A DNA stretch of 64,000 nucleotides from the NCBI GenBank assembly GCA_016748015.1, contig JAAOMT010000439.1:455527-519526 (forward strand), written 5' to 3'. Position numbers and translations under genes: made by a program. This DNA is from Geosiphon pyriformis uo1 (taxonomy: Eukaryota; Fungi; Glomeromycota). Positions 47,660-60,448 of this stretch are shown here, in pieces. Under the pieces are notes generated by a model. That model made no database searches, was not told where the DNA came from, and worked only from the letters and a program-made list of their open reading frames with translations. Positions within the stretch are counted from its first letter, which is position 1. Every line of letters starts with the position of its first letter.

Positions 47660-50328
47660 CCATCATCTGACCAATTTACAAGACACTATTACTCTCGCTC
47701 GCGATTTTGAGTCTACAGAATAAGAAGCGAACCATACCCAAGCCGTTAATTTAGCCATTAATGGAATCTTAGACATTAATGCAAAGATAACCCAATTAAG
47801 TAAAAAACTAACTCAGAAAATTGAGGGATTCCTAACTGGAACTATAGGAACCTATTAACCATCACAATGAAGAGAAATAACAACAACAGATACCCACAGC
47901 TACAGAATCATTAGCAACAGCAACAACCCTAGAGAACCGATCCCCACAACTGTTACTACTGCCAGAAACCTGAACACATTGTGCAGGACTGCAGAAAGAA
48001 GATTATGGACCAAAATCAAGGAAACCAATATCAGCAACCAAAATATCAGCAAAGCATGGTATCCCAATATTACATACCTCAAAATCAACTGCCTCAATAT
48101 GCACAACAAGTCCTGTATACTCAACCACTGCTTCAGAATTATTATCAACTACCACCAATGACACAAACAATTCTTCACTATCAAACTCCCCCTTATAGTC
48201 AGCCCAGATCTCGAGCTATAAACTATAATTAGGGATGGAGGAATCCCAACAACAATCAGGCACAAACCAACAGTAGACCATCTCGACCAATCCCTCGTGG
48301 TCCTGCCCAATTTCAACCAGCACCAACTGGACACCCAAATCAAGCTTTTTATCTCGATCTCACAGAAGACCAGAGTTTTGATAAATCTACATCTGTGGAA
48401 AGAAGAGATGTAGAACAAATCTCCCAACCTTTCAAGCAAACAAAAAGCAATATCCCACCAGCCAATATTACCGAGAACACTACCCTAGCTGCCATATTTT
48501 CTTTTGACATCAATAATTTGAACACCTATAGCCTTTTTAGTGGAGCAGCCATCAATCAAAATAAACCAATAATGGCCCTATACACCAATGCCAGAGTCAG
48601 AGAAATAAACATTAAGTTAATCCTAAATAGCAAATTAGCCAATAGCATAATCATGAAGCAGCTCATGAACCAATTAGGTCACTAAGTAGACCATGCTGCT
48701 ACCACTCAGATCATTACAGTGGATGGAAACACAAAAACCCTGATAGGAGTAATTGACAACTTCCCCTTTGAGATTAATGGAATCCAAATCTCTATCAAAA
48801 TACTCATTATGAAAGCTACTTAATATCAAGCTCTAGTAGGAAATGATTGGTTGTCAAAAGCCAACACTACTCTTGACTAGAACACCCAAGAACTTTAATT
48901 CACGTTTAATAAACAGCATGCCCGAGTTCTAGCTATGTGCGGACACTTTAAAACCCAACGTACCAAAGAACCCCTTATTGAATTCAAAGACACATCACTG
49001 CCACCAACCATCAAGACCTATCAGGTTTTATGGGCAGATGATTATCAAACTGAACTACCCCCACCACCAACTTGGGAAGAAAAAGAAAAAAGCAGAGCAG
49101 AAGAGGAATTCCAATTATTATCACTAGGATATGTAACCTTGGACCAAAGAAACTTATTTTACCAACCTCCAAAACTTATATGTGTCAATTATGAAAAGAA
49201 GCTATCCACTATGGGTGTATATATTGGAGACAACAAAGAATGGCCCACTGTCACCAAATACTACTGCAGATCTTGTGTACTAGAAAGATTTAAATGACCA
49301 AAACAACAAGGCAAGTAGGACAACATGCCATGCTTCACATATGGCAAGATCTTGCCTGATGAAGAACTCTGGAATGATGTGCTTGGCAGAGAAGAAACAT
49401 ATGATGAGGCTTGTCAATACACCATACTAATTAACGATTGGGTACAAAAAGGAACTCCCATTGAAGATGCTTGGAAACAAGCACTTAACAGGCTGGATAG
49501 TTATCTACACAATAACCACAAAATCTGGAGAATGACAAGCACCAAAGCTAAAAGCACCATGTCCGAAGAAATATGAAAAATCAAGAACAACCTTTGGACA
49601 CCCAAATATAATGAATCTAACTACCTCATGAATGATTTCTTCATAGATAACCCAGATGCATTTTAGAACCAATATTAGGAATTGGCCCTGACTTGTAAAG
49701 AACAAGAGCAAAAGTTGGCCGATTTGAATACCAAGCTATGCGATCACTGTTTGATCCCCTGTCACTTCCAGTACTGCAACGAATGTAATTTTATGTTCAA
49801 TCTGCCTCCAAAAATACTGTTTCCAATTACCAAACTACCTAAGCCTGAAGAAGAAAAAGTATTAATTACCAAGAACATGTTGTTTCAAGATTCAACTGAG
49901 GATACTGAAACAGAACAATATCTCACATATTCTGACCTATCCAAAGAACTAGAGCTAAAATGATACAGTAACAACAAGGAAGGAATCTGCCCTAAAAGAG
50001 TATATAATACTGATGCCAGTTTTAACCTACAATACTCCAGACAATCACCTATCATTATAGCCCCACATTCTCTTGTAAAAATAGATCTTAAGATAGTGTT
50101 AGAAATTCCTGTTAGTACAATAGTACAAGTTGTCTCTCAATCTAGTCTAGCCAAAAAAAAATTGACATAAAAGGAAGAATCATCAATTCCAGTTACACAG
50201 GAAACATCATCATAATGCTATAGAACAATTCGAATAGACCCTATAAAATAGAATCACAAGAAAAGATTGTCCAAGCTATCTTTCTACTCCTAGTCAAAAT
50301 ACCCCAATTGATTCCAGTAACAACCCGA
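47660..50328 (+). pseudogene. H ORF1 fragment: Gag knuckle, Q/P/N-rich linker, PR, Cys-rich domain, most of dUTPase
   Basis: CYYCQKPEHIVQDC, ILNSKLANS (decayed DSG), CDHCLIPCHFQYCNEC, KIVQAI; cut just before dUTPase motif 5. Confidence 0.87.
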
Positions 50329-51215
50329 TGTTACAGGTGATTATTTCTGCAGTTGAATTAAATAACAAACCCGTAACTTGGTGCTCAAAAGCTATTTCCA
50401 TTGATGATGTTCTGTAAGTGTTGTATTTGAAGGTTTTGATGGGTCTGAAGGTTTTGGTTGAGTCCTTTGTATAATAGACAGAGATTCAATAGTGTCAATA
50501 ATAGATGTATCTTTCCAAGAGTTTTCCTAATTTCTTTCTCAGCGTGGTGGCTGGATTTAGTCTGGCAGTCATGCTCTTCTGGTAAACTATCCGATAATAT
50601 ATAAAATTCTACTCTTATTTCTGGGTCTTTTATCAGGCTATCTTTGACGTCAATGACTCAGCGCTTAATCTTTTTAATCAGTTAGTATACAACAACAAAT
50701 CAAAATAAAATAAAGAAAAAGAAATAAAAGAAAAATAAAGAAAGAAAGAAATAAGCCAAGGTGATTTTGCAGATTAGTATCCTGTCAATAGCCATGATCA
50801 AGAGCTATTGTTCCAGCATGGTTAAGTATCAATTACTATCAACATGAAGTGTTAATAATGGAGAGTGGGTTGAAATATGGAATAATTATTTATTTGATGA
50901 TTGTGTTTTCTAGACTAAAGATTCTGTGGTATTGATTCTGTCTTTTCTGTTTCTAATACTACTGCTATATATACATAATTGAGATTCCTCAATTTCTCGA
51001 TTCTTCACAACAGGAATCCTGGAATTCTTGGAATCCTGCGATTCCTTTGAGAGGAATCCTGAAATTCTGGAATCTTGCAATTCCTTGTTGGGAATCCTGA
51101 AATTTCTGGAATCCTGCAATTCCTAAGAGGAATCCTAGAATTCCACATTTATTATGCTTACTTCTGATTGGCTAATAATTATGCTAATATATTTGCTATA
51201 TTTCTATGAGTAACA
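50329..51215 (-). repeat. 3' LTR of G (887 bp)
   Basis: tgttac...gtaaca; direct repeat of 59640-60448 plus 78 bp of extra tandem array. Confidence 0.94.
50981..51145 (-). repeat. GGAAT(T/C)CC array (about 9-bp unit, about 39-bp higher-order unit) in U3 of G
   Basis: ggaatcctggaattcttggaatcctgcgattcc repeated; TATATATA lies just downstream on the minus strand (50966-50973). Confidence 0.88.
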
Positions 51216-51229
51216 TTATTCCCTCCTTT

Positions 51230-51889
51230 TTAATATTGAGCTCCATTGAAATCTAACTCATGTAATTCCCCTTCTTGAAGTATTTCCTGGATTTTGTTTT
51301 CGAGAATTACTTGTGTTATTTGGGTCTGTAATTTTTCAAATTGAGCATTGGTGATTTTCCCCAGTTGATTACTGGTAACCATATCTATTGCTCTGTTGTG
51401 TAATATTTCTGGTTTATTTTAAAATGCTGTGTGTATTCGGTATATGGCTTAGGCTTGTGTAGATAAGTTGTTCTTTCCCACAAAATGTTCTAATTGTTGT
51501 AGTATTCTTTTGTCAAATAATTGCTTTGTTTTATCTGTATATAGATTCTGAATATTTACGTGTTGTCCCAAATAGAAATAACAATAGTTTTGTGGGAATT
51601 GTTGTATCCACCAATTCCAAGTTTCTTTAGTCAACTCTTGATATAGTAACTCTTTTGTCGATTTTTTTATTGCTAATTTTACTTTCGCCATGATTTTGTC
51701 CACAGTATTTTCAGTTTTCTTCTGTGTTCTGAATTGAAATGTTTTTCTAGTATCTTAATATCGAATAGTTTGTTGATTGATTGTAATTTCCATTTCCTGG
51801 TGTTGGATTAATTGAAAGAGTTGTTGTGCTAGTGAGTGAATGTTGTCTGTAATTTTCATTTTTCTGATATTTCCTGTCGCGTCTACCAT
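51230..51889 (-). pseudogene. G ORF3
   Basis: MKITDNIHSLAQQLFQLI...CYFYLGQ...AIYRIHTAF...QLGKITNAQFEKLQTQI; divergent homolog of the C/E/F ORF3; contains TAA stops. Confidence 0.78.
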
Positions 51890-51913
51890 GTCTTTATATA
51901 TTCTTTTGATGGA

Positions 51914-53296
51914 TCAATTTAATGTGTTGTTGTCGATAATAATGATTGGTTCCAGATCTTGTGGAATCTCATTTGGTTGGACTAGTATTCTCTGTACTCC
52001 TAATTGTGGAATATTACTGGTAGATGATAGTGTGATGTTGTGATATGGTTTCAGTCGATCTTCATGTGCTGCTTTAATTAAAATTTTGTTATCCAATTTT
52101 AATTTGTAAGCTTCATTTCCTAGAATTTCTTCTATGTGAAATGGTCCATCCCATTTGGGGTCAAATTTTCTACTCCATTGTTTTTCCGCTTTGGTACGAT
52201 GTAGTAATACTTTGTCTCTGATCTTGAATTCAACTGGTTTGTCTGGTAGTTGACTATCGTGTCTTTCTTTCTGTGTTTCTTGTGACTTTTGGATATTATC
52301 AGCTGCTCTTCTTCATTTGTTTTCCAATGTTTCCATTAAGTCATATGTTCTTCTCAGCAATGTTTCTTGAAAATTTTCTTCTGTTATTGGTTCAGCTGGA
52401 TATGTGTTAATTTTTCTCTCTACTGGTAACATTGCTATTCTCCCGTATACTAATTCAAATGGTGTTGCTTGTGTAGTATCTTGTTTCATTGTTTGATAAG
52501 CAAATAGTATTGATGGTATGAACAAATCCCAATTGTTCTGGTTTTCTTGGTTGAGCTTGGCTATTGCTTCACACAATGTTCTGTTGAATCTTTCTACTAA
52601 TCCGTTGGTTTGTGGATGGTATGGTGATAATAATAGTCTCTTAATTCTGAATCTTTGGCTCAATTCTGTTAATGTTCTGTTCACAAAATGAGTTCCTTGA
52701 TCTGATAATAATTCTTTTGGACATCCATGTCGACAAATCAAATCCTGATGAATGAATTCGGCAACAGATTCTGCATCTGCTTTTTGAATTGCTTTTGCCT
52801 CTGGCCATTTAGTGAAATAGTTTATAGCTACTGCTATGTATCTGTTTCCTCTGCTGGTAATTGTTAATGGTCTGACTAAATCAATTCCCATATGGTCAAA
52901 TAGTTGTCCCACTTTGATTGGTCTTAATGGTTCACTGGGTCTTGTTCCTCCTCTTCACTGACAAGCATCACAATTTTGAATATATTGAATGATGTCTGGG
53001 TATATTAATGGCCAATAGTATTTTTTTCTAGTTCTTTCCATGGTTGTTTCTTTGTGAAAATGTTCTGCTGTTGGATTTGAATGCATGTTGAATAATATTG
53101 TCTCTTTTTCTGGCTCTGTGATTACTCTGGTTGGTTGATTTGGATCTCTTCTATTTTTCCGATAAAGTATATTTTGGTAAGTAATAAAATATTTTGATTG
53201 TTGTTTGATACTCTTTTGTTCCATATGAGATAAATTCTTCTTGAACTGTTGAGTATTTAGATAATGTTGTAATTGTTGATATTTTTGTATGTTCAT
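51914..53296 (-). pseudogene. G integrase ORF
   Basis: ATG 53296; MHSNPTAEHF..CDAC, GIDLV, SDQG, LVERFN, KWDGPF, DLEPIIIID. Confidence 0.92.
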
Positions 53297-53359
53297 CTTT
53301 TGTTGTATTTTTCTGTTGGTATTGTTCTGGTTTTATTATATTTTTGGATTGAAATGTTC

Positions 53360-56300
53360 TTAGATTTGTCTTATTCATGATAAACCATCAGCATTTCCAT
53401 TGTCTTTTCCCTTTTTGTAATGTATAGTATAATTGTATGGTGTGAGTGTCATTTTCCATCTTGACTGTCTTCCATTTCCAAATTCTTGTTTTTGAAGTGA
53501 TGTCAATCCCTTGTGATCTGTGTATACTTCAAACTTCTGGCTCAAGTATTTTTTCCATTTCATGACAGCCCAGTATATTGCTAAGTGTTCTTGTTCCAGT
53601 GTTCCATAGTTCTTTTTGGCTGGTATTAAACCTCTGCTGGCATATACTACTGGATGTTTTCTGCCGTCTGGTCCTCTCTGAGATAATACTGCTCCCAATG
53701 CTTGGCCGGATGCATCAGTGGTGATGATGAATAGTTTGCTGTAATCTGGATAGATCAGCACTGGAGCTTGGATAAGCTTTTTCCTCAGAATATCAAAAGC
53801 TTTTTGTTGACTTTCTGTTCATTCATATTTTGCATTTTTGTTTTGTAGTTAATTGAGTGGCTGCATTATCTTGGAAAAGTTCTTGATAAAATGATGATAG
53901 TAGCTGGCAAATCCCAAGAATGATTTCAGTTCTATTATATTGGTCGGTATTGGAAAGTTCTTTACTATCTCTATTTTCTCTGAATCTGTTTTGATGCCAT
54001 CTTTGCTGACTATGTGTCCCAAGAATTTGAGTTCTGTCTTGTCAAAGAAGCACTTTGTCGCATTTAGCTTTAGTCCTGCTCTTCTTAGTCTTTCGAACAC
54101 TTATTGAAGATAATAAAGATGATTATCAAATGTCTTTGAAAATACATTGGTGTTGTCCAAGTATACAACTACTGATTTCCACAATAAGCCTGTATAAACA
54201 ATTTCCATTAGCCATTGGAAAGTCACTGGGGCATTGGTTAAGCCGAATGGCATTACTTCAAATTCGAAATTCCTTTCTCTAGTAGTAAATGCCGTCTTCT
54301 TTTTGTCAGCTGGATTCATGGCTATTTGCCAGTAGCCACTGTCTAAATCTAATGTAGAGAACCATTTATTCCCACCAAAAGCATCGAATAATTCTTGTAT
54401 TCGTGGAGTTAGATAACTGTTTCCACGAGTTACACCATTGAGTTTTCTGTAGTCCACACAAAACTGGATTTTTCTATTTTTCTTATGGACAAGTACCACT
54501 GGTAACAATCATGGACTCATTGATGGTTGAATTAACCTGTTATCAAGCATTCTGTTATCTCTTGACAAATAATCTCATGGCTGGCTGGCAGCACTCTGTA
54601 TGCTCTTTGTTTGATTGGCATTGTATCTCTAGTCTTGATCTGATGCTGGATGATGTTAGTTTGGCCAAACTCATTTTTGCTGACAAAGATGTTGTTGAAA
54701 TTGTTGAGTAACATCTTGAGCTGCATACATTGGAGTGGATCTAAGTTTCCCATGTTCATTTGTTCTAATTGTTTTGGTTGAAACAAATAACATTCGTCTT
54801 GTCCATAGATTGTTTGTGATGTGATGTCAACATATCCACAAAGTTGTGGAAAGTCTGGAATGGGGTTTGGTAGTTGGTTCTCTATTTCTGTGGTCAAATA
54901 TCTGATGGTGGTTCCTTTTGGTATGCTGATGACATTGCCAGTATTGTTGTAGATGAGAATTTTTATGCTGCTATAGCTTTTGGCTGGTATGTAGAGATTG
55001 ATCAATCCAATCTCTCCCGATTCACAAAGGGTTGCTTCTGCTTCAAACATCTGTTCTTGCTCTTTTTCTTTCCTTTCTATTGCTAACATGTACTGGCTAT
55101 ATGGTGGAATAGAAATAGCTTGACCAGTTAAGATAATTTTTCCTTGGCCAACAATTTTTTCCTCTGCCATGTTAACTGGTACATCTATTCTACTTGTGAA
55201 TCCAAATCCTTGTATTCCTCTCGCCATTATTCCTAATTCCTCCCTCTTTCCCACTGATACTAACTGAGCTATTCTAACCAGAGGCAGGAATATTGCCTGT
55301 GCTATCTTTTCATTGGGCTCTATTACATAGGCCTTTTCTGAGTTATTTTATAGCATAGAGATGATATTTCCTACATATTCCGCATCAATTATTCCTCCTC
55401 TTATATTAATTCCTCTTTTCACTAAACTACTCCTAGATGCTAGTTGAACCATGGTTGTTGCTGGAATTTCTAGTGCTATTTTCAGATCAATGCAGGTGCG
55501 TGAATGTGGTTCCAGTTTGATGGCATCTTTTCTTGGATATCTCAGATTAAACCCTGCATCAGTATCATGCACCCGTTCTGGCATAATATCTTTCCCATTG
55601 TCACTATACCATTTCAACTCTTGTTCCTTGGAAAGATCTGGTAGTGCAATGTATTGTTCATAGTTTACATTGGAGTTTGTATCTGAGTTGGAATCATTGT
55701 CATTGTCATTGCCCTTTTGAACAGAGCTTGAATCATTGTTGTCATCATCATTGTCAGAGTTTGAATCATGATTGATCGGTGATTCTGATTCTGATGCGCA
55801 GCTGCTGATTGGTTCTTTCTCTTCCAGGATCGTGTAGATCATGCATGGTGGTGGATTGTAAATGAGGTCACACTCATCGCAATACTGGAAGTCACAGAGA
55901 ATTAGGCAGTATTGACATAGTCAAGCATTCAACTGCTCTAACCATTGTTCTTGTTCTTCCCTTGTAGGTGCTAATTCTTGATAGTGTTCATGGAATTGTT
56001 CCAGGTCCAGGAAGTTTATGATAGGTTCCGCATCCCAGTCAAGCTCTAAAGGTTCTGGGGGGTTGTCTTTGATCGTTTTTATCTCTTCTGGTGTCACCCC
56101 TTCAATTTTTGCAAGTGCCATTTGCCAAATTTTGTCGTCGTCATGTGGGTAACTGTCTAATCACTGTACTGCTTTTCTCCAGGCTGTTTCTATTGGGGTT
56201 CCTTTCTTTACCCAATCACTTATTAGAATCGTGTATTGACACAATATGTCACATATTTCTCTACGTCCAGAAATGTCATGCCACATTCCTTCATCCAAGA

Positions 56301-59300
56301 GAGTCTCTCTACAAGTTAAGCATGGCTGATTGTCCTATTCCCCTACTCGTTTTGGTCTTCCAAAGCGTTCAAGGATGCATGGGCGGCAATAGAACCTAGT
56401 TGCTATTGAATATTCCTCATCGTCCCTACAGCATGCGCCCATTGACAACAATTTCTTACCACAATTGACGCAGATAAGCTTGGATTAACGATAGATAGAT
56501 TGTTGTGGTGTAGTGTAGGTGTTATAAGCAGTAGTGGTTTGAGTGGTCTCTTTGTCTTTTCCCTTCCCTTTATTTTTATTGTCTTCTTTCCATTCCCAAC
56601 TTGAAGTTGGTTCGCTCTTGTCGTGGTCAGTCCACGTCAGATCATCGGTTTTCTAGGTAAGTTCTTCCTTTTGTTTCCCTTTTTCTTAATAGTTGTTGTC
56701 CCAGGAGAGTATTGGCAGCAGCTCATTGTGCTCTTTGTTAGCCCACAATACTTGGTAGGCTTCCCAGATAGGCTTTTCTTTCTCCTCTTCCAGCTCGATC
56801 AATAGTTTCTCTCTTGGAGGAGTTTTGAAGTGGCCACATATGGCTGGAACACGTATGTGTTGGCCCTGATACATTAGCTGGAGTTCCTGGGTGTTCCAGT
56901 TTAATGTTGCGTTGGCTTTGGATAGCCAGTCATTACCAATGAGAGCTTGGTATTGAGTAGCTTCCATTACTAGAACTTTAATGAAAGTCATGATGCCATT
57001 GACTTCAAAAGGGAAATCATCGATTTTGCCAATTGGAGTTTTGGTCGCTCTATTGGCTGTGATGATTTTGGCGCTGGCAGTTCGATCAACTTGGTGACCT
57101 AATTAATCCATGAGTTGTCTAGTGATTATGCTGCCAGCTGATCCACTATCTAGGATGAGTTTGATGGAGTGACCATCAACTCTGGCATCTATGTACATGG
57201 CTGTTATGAGTTTCTCTTCGAGGGTGGCTCCACTGAATAACAGTATTGTTGTGTTTTCTTCGAGTTCAAAAGGAAAGATGGCTGCTAGGGATTTATTGCT
57301 AGAGATGGTTGTCAGTGGAATAGTGTTGGTAGGTATGTGCTGATTGAATTCTGTGTTGTTGGAGGTGGTGTTTTCTGGGGTAACTAGGAAACTTAAATAA
57401 TGTTGAGAATTTGGGTTTTGGACGTGACTGGTATCCAAATTCCAGGTGCGTGATCCTGATGGTGAGTTTAGTGAACTGAGAATCGGTTGGTGAACAACTA
57501 TTGCCGATCTCTAGTTTTGAGTGACTCTGGATCGAGGGTTGTCTGATGTCATTTGAGCTGGGTTCTAGGTTGGTGTTTGAATTGGTTGGGATTGATAGAT
57601 AATTTGTGGCTGTGATTAATATATTACTTGTGGCTGTGGCTGATAAATCAGAGGTTAATACACTGGTGGGTGATAGATTGGTTGCTGCGTCATGGGCAGG
57701 TAATTATTTTGATATTGGTCTTGATTCTGATTTGGATAATAATTCAGAGTTTGGAACTGACAATCGGGGTTTTGATATTGATTTTCTGATCATTGATTAT
57801 TTAGATGCTGATGACAATCAATTTGGATATGTTCTTGTTTGCCACAATAGTGGCAAATATGCATTTCCTGTTGCCACTGTTGATTGGTTGATGAAGATAG
57901 GCATGGTTGATTTTGGCCACAATTAGAGTTTCCTTGATTATTGCATTGTTGTGGAGGCTGATAAATGGTGTGATTGTTAGCTAAGTATCCTTTCAATCTC
58001 TTATTAATTGATTCACTGAACTTCTCCAATTTGGAATCCAATTCAGATGATTCGTTTATGACTAGATTAATGACTTGGGCATGGTTAGCCTCTGACTCGG
58101 CAGATTCAAAATCTCTGGCATGTGTGACTGCATCTTGAAGCATGCCAGGATGCAATGGACATACATGTTGCAAGATGCTGTTGCACAGGCCACAGATAAA
58201 CTGATTGAGTATTTGTGGTACTGTGAAATAATTGGCATCAATTGCTTGAATTTGGCGTAGGTTTCGATGGAAGCGTTCCAGATAAATAGTGACTGCTTTA
58301 GTTTCTCCTTGTTTTATGGTGGTGAATGCATTAATTAGGTAATTGATGCTATTATTGTTGCTGAAGTATCTCAGAAATTCCACTTTGAAGGCATTGAAAT
58401 CTTGTGGTTTATTAATCAAGCTCTGGTACCATGAATCGACGGTATCCTTGAGAAAGTAGGGAATGGCTTGTATTGCTTGTGCATCATTCCATCCATTGGC
58501 TGCAATGGCTTTTTCTACATTATTCAGCCATATTTGAATGTCATTCTCTTCACCAGTAAAGTTGTCAAGTTTTGTGATTGGTGCATAGGCCATTGGATTT
58601 AAGTTAAGTAGTTGTGGTGGCTGTTGAAGCAGTTGTTGTTGTCCTGGCTGTTGGGGTGGTAGCTGAAGTGGCTGTTATATGGGTTCGGTTATGGGATTAA
58701 TTGGCGGTTGATTGATGATGATTACTGGAGGTAAGTTTTGCTGATTAATTAATTCAGGTCCTTAATTTCTTTGATTTGACAGCGTTCGAATATTCGGAGT
58801 TTTAATTTCCGGATTTTCTAACTGTTGCTGAGTTTGAAGGTTCGGGGTTTCAACTTCCGGGTTTTCAGTAATTAGGTGCTGGTAAGTGAATTCTTGATCC
58901 TTTGATTCTTCTTCCTCCTTTTCTGATTTCACTGCTTCCCACAGATCAGAGATTCCGAAATCTGGTGGAGGCGGTGGTGATCAAAGTCCTGATGGGGTTG
59001 ATGATTGCGAATTAAATCTCTTAAAGTACTTGCTGTATGGTCCTAACAATTTTGTTTTCCTTTGTCTACTTTGGAATGGGAATTGTCCAAATGCTAATGT
59101 CGTAGTTGATGTGAACACGTCTGTTGATGATATGTTGATGGCACTTCCAAGTATATAGTGGTAGGATAGGTTGCTTGGAGATTCAACTCTGTTTTTCTTT
59201 CAAGCAGGTGGCTGTATCTTTCTGGGTGTTACTGCTGGTGTTTGTAATTTTCTCTTGCCTTTACTAGCATATGTAATTGGATATTTTTGTTAAGTGTGAT

Positions 59301-59577
59301 GTTCAATTTCTTTGTTGATCTCAGTGATGATGAATGTGAAATTATGATTTATTGGCAGGTTGGTATTTTGAATTAATTCCCTATAGAAAGTTTCTCTTGC
59401 TGATTCAGTATTCACTAGTGTTCCTAATAAAAAAGAAATCTTTTCGTTGACGTAAAAATTGAAAGCTGATTCGGCAGATATATGATTGTGGTTTAATCCC
59501 AAGTATTGACAATAGTGTTGAAATAAGGATTTTGCAAATCCTAAATGGTTTGCTTCTATAGTTTCTGATTCTGCCAC
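53360..59577 (-). pseudogene. pol: G ORF1 (Gag-CCHC-PR-Cys-rich domain-dUTPase-RT-RNase H)
   Basis: aaaaGTGgca at 59577; MAYAPITKL at 58593; LILDSGSAG, DAGFNL/SRSS/IDAEY, YLDN, TDASG; ends S(R)IRQI-TAA at 53360-53362. Confidence 0.92.
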
Positions 59578-59639
59578 TTTTGGTTTGGTGTTGTCAGTAC
59601 TGGTTCTCTGTAGGATTATACCTCACAGAGAGCACTAAA

Positions 59640-60448
59640 TGTTACAGATGATTATTTCTGCAGTTGAATTAAATAACAAACCTGTAACTTGGTGCTCAAA
59701 AGCTATTTCCATTGATGATGTTCTGTAAGTGTTGTATCTGAAGGTTTTGATGGGTCTAAAGGTTTTGGTTGAGTCTTTTGTATAATGGACAAAGATTCAA
59801 TAGTGTCGATAATAGATATATCTTTCCAAGAGTTTTCCCAATTTCTTTTTCAGTGTGGTGGTCAGATTTAGTCTGGCAGTCGTGCCTTTCTGGTAAGCTA
59901 TCCGATAATATATAAAATTCTACCCTTATTTCTGGGTCTTTTACCAGGCTATCTTTGACGTCAATAACTCAGCACTTAATCTTTTTAATCAGTTAGTATA
60001 CAACAACAAATCAAAATAAAATAAAGAAAAAGAAATAAAAGAAAAATAAAGAAAGAAAGAAATAAGCCAAGGCGATTTTGCAGATTAGTATCCCATCAAT
60101 AGCCGTGATCAAGAGCTATTGTTCCAGTGTGGTTAAGTATCAATTACTATCAATATGAAGTGTTGATAGTGAAGAGTGGGTTGAGATATAGAATAATTAT
60201 TTATTTGATGATTGTGTTTTTTAGGCTAAGGATTCTGTGGTATTGATTCTGTCTTTTCTGTTTCTAACACTACTGCTATATATACATAATTGAGATTTCT
60301 CAATTCCTCGATTCTTCACAACAGGAATCCTGGAATTCCTGAAATCCTGCAATTTCTGAAAGAAATCCTGGAATTCCACATTTACTATGCTTACTTCTGA
60401 TTGGCTAATAATTATGCTAATATATTTTCTATATTTCTATGAGTAACA
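59640..60448 (-). repeat. 5' LTR of G (809 bp)
   Basis: tgttac...gtaaca; adjacent to the PBS. Confidence 0.94.

Larger units (their letters stand above)
50329..60448 (-). mobile_element. Ty3/Gypsy LTR retrotransposon G (second family, full length), inserted in the H dUTPase
   Basis: LTRs 50329-51215 and 59640-60448, perfect TSD ccga (50325-50328 / 60449-60452), PBS at about 59621-59637, PPT aaaaggaggg. Confidence 0.96.

Noticed and set aside
55670-55790. D/N/S-rich repeat in G before the dUTPase
   Set aside because: An acidic low-complexity linker; other families have short acidic linkers at the same place.
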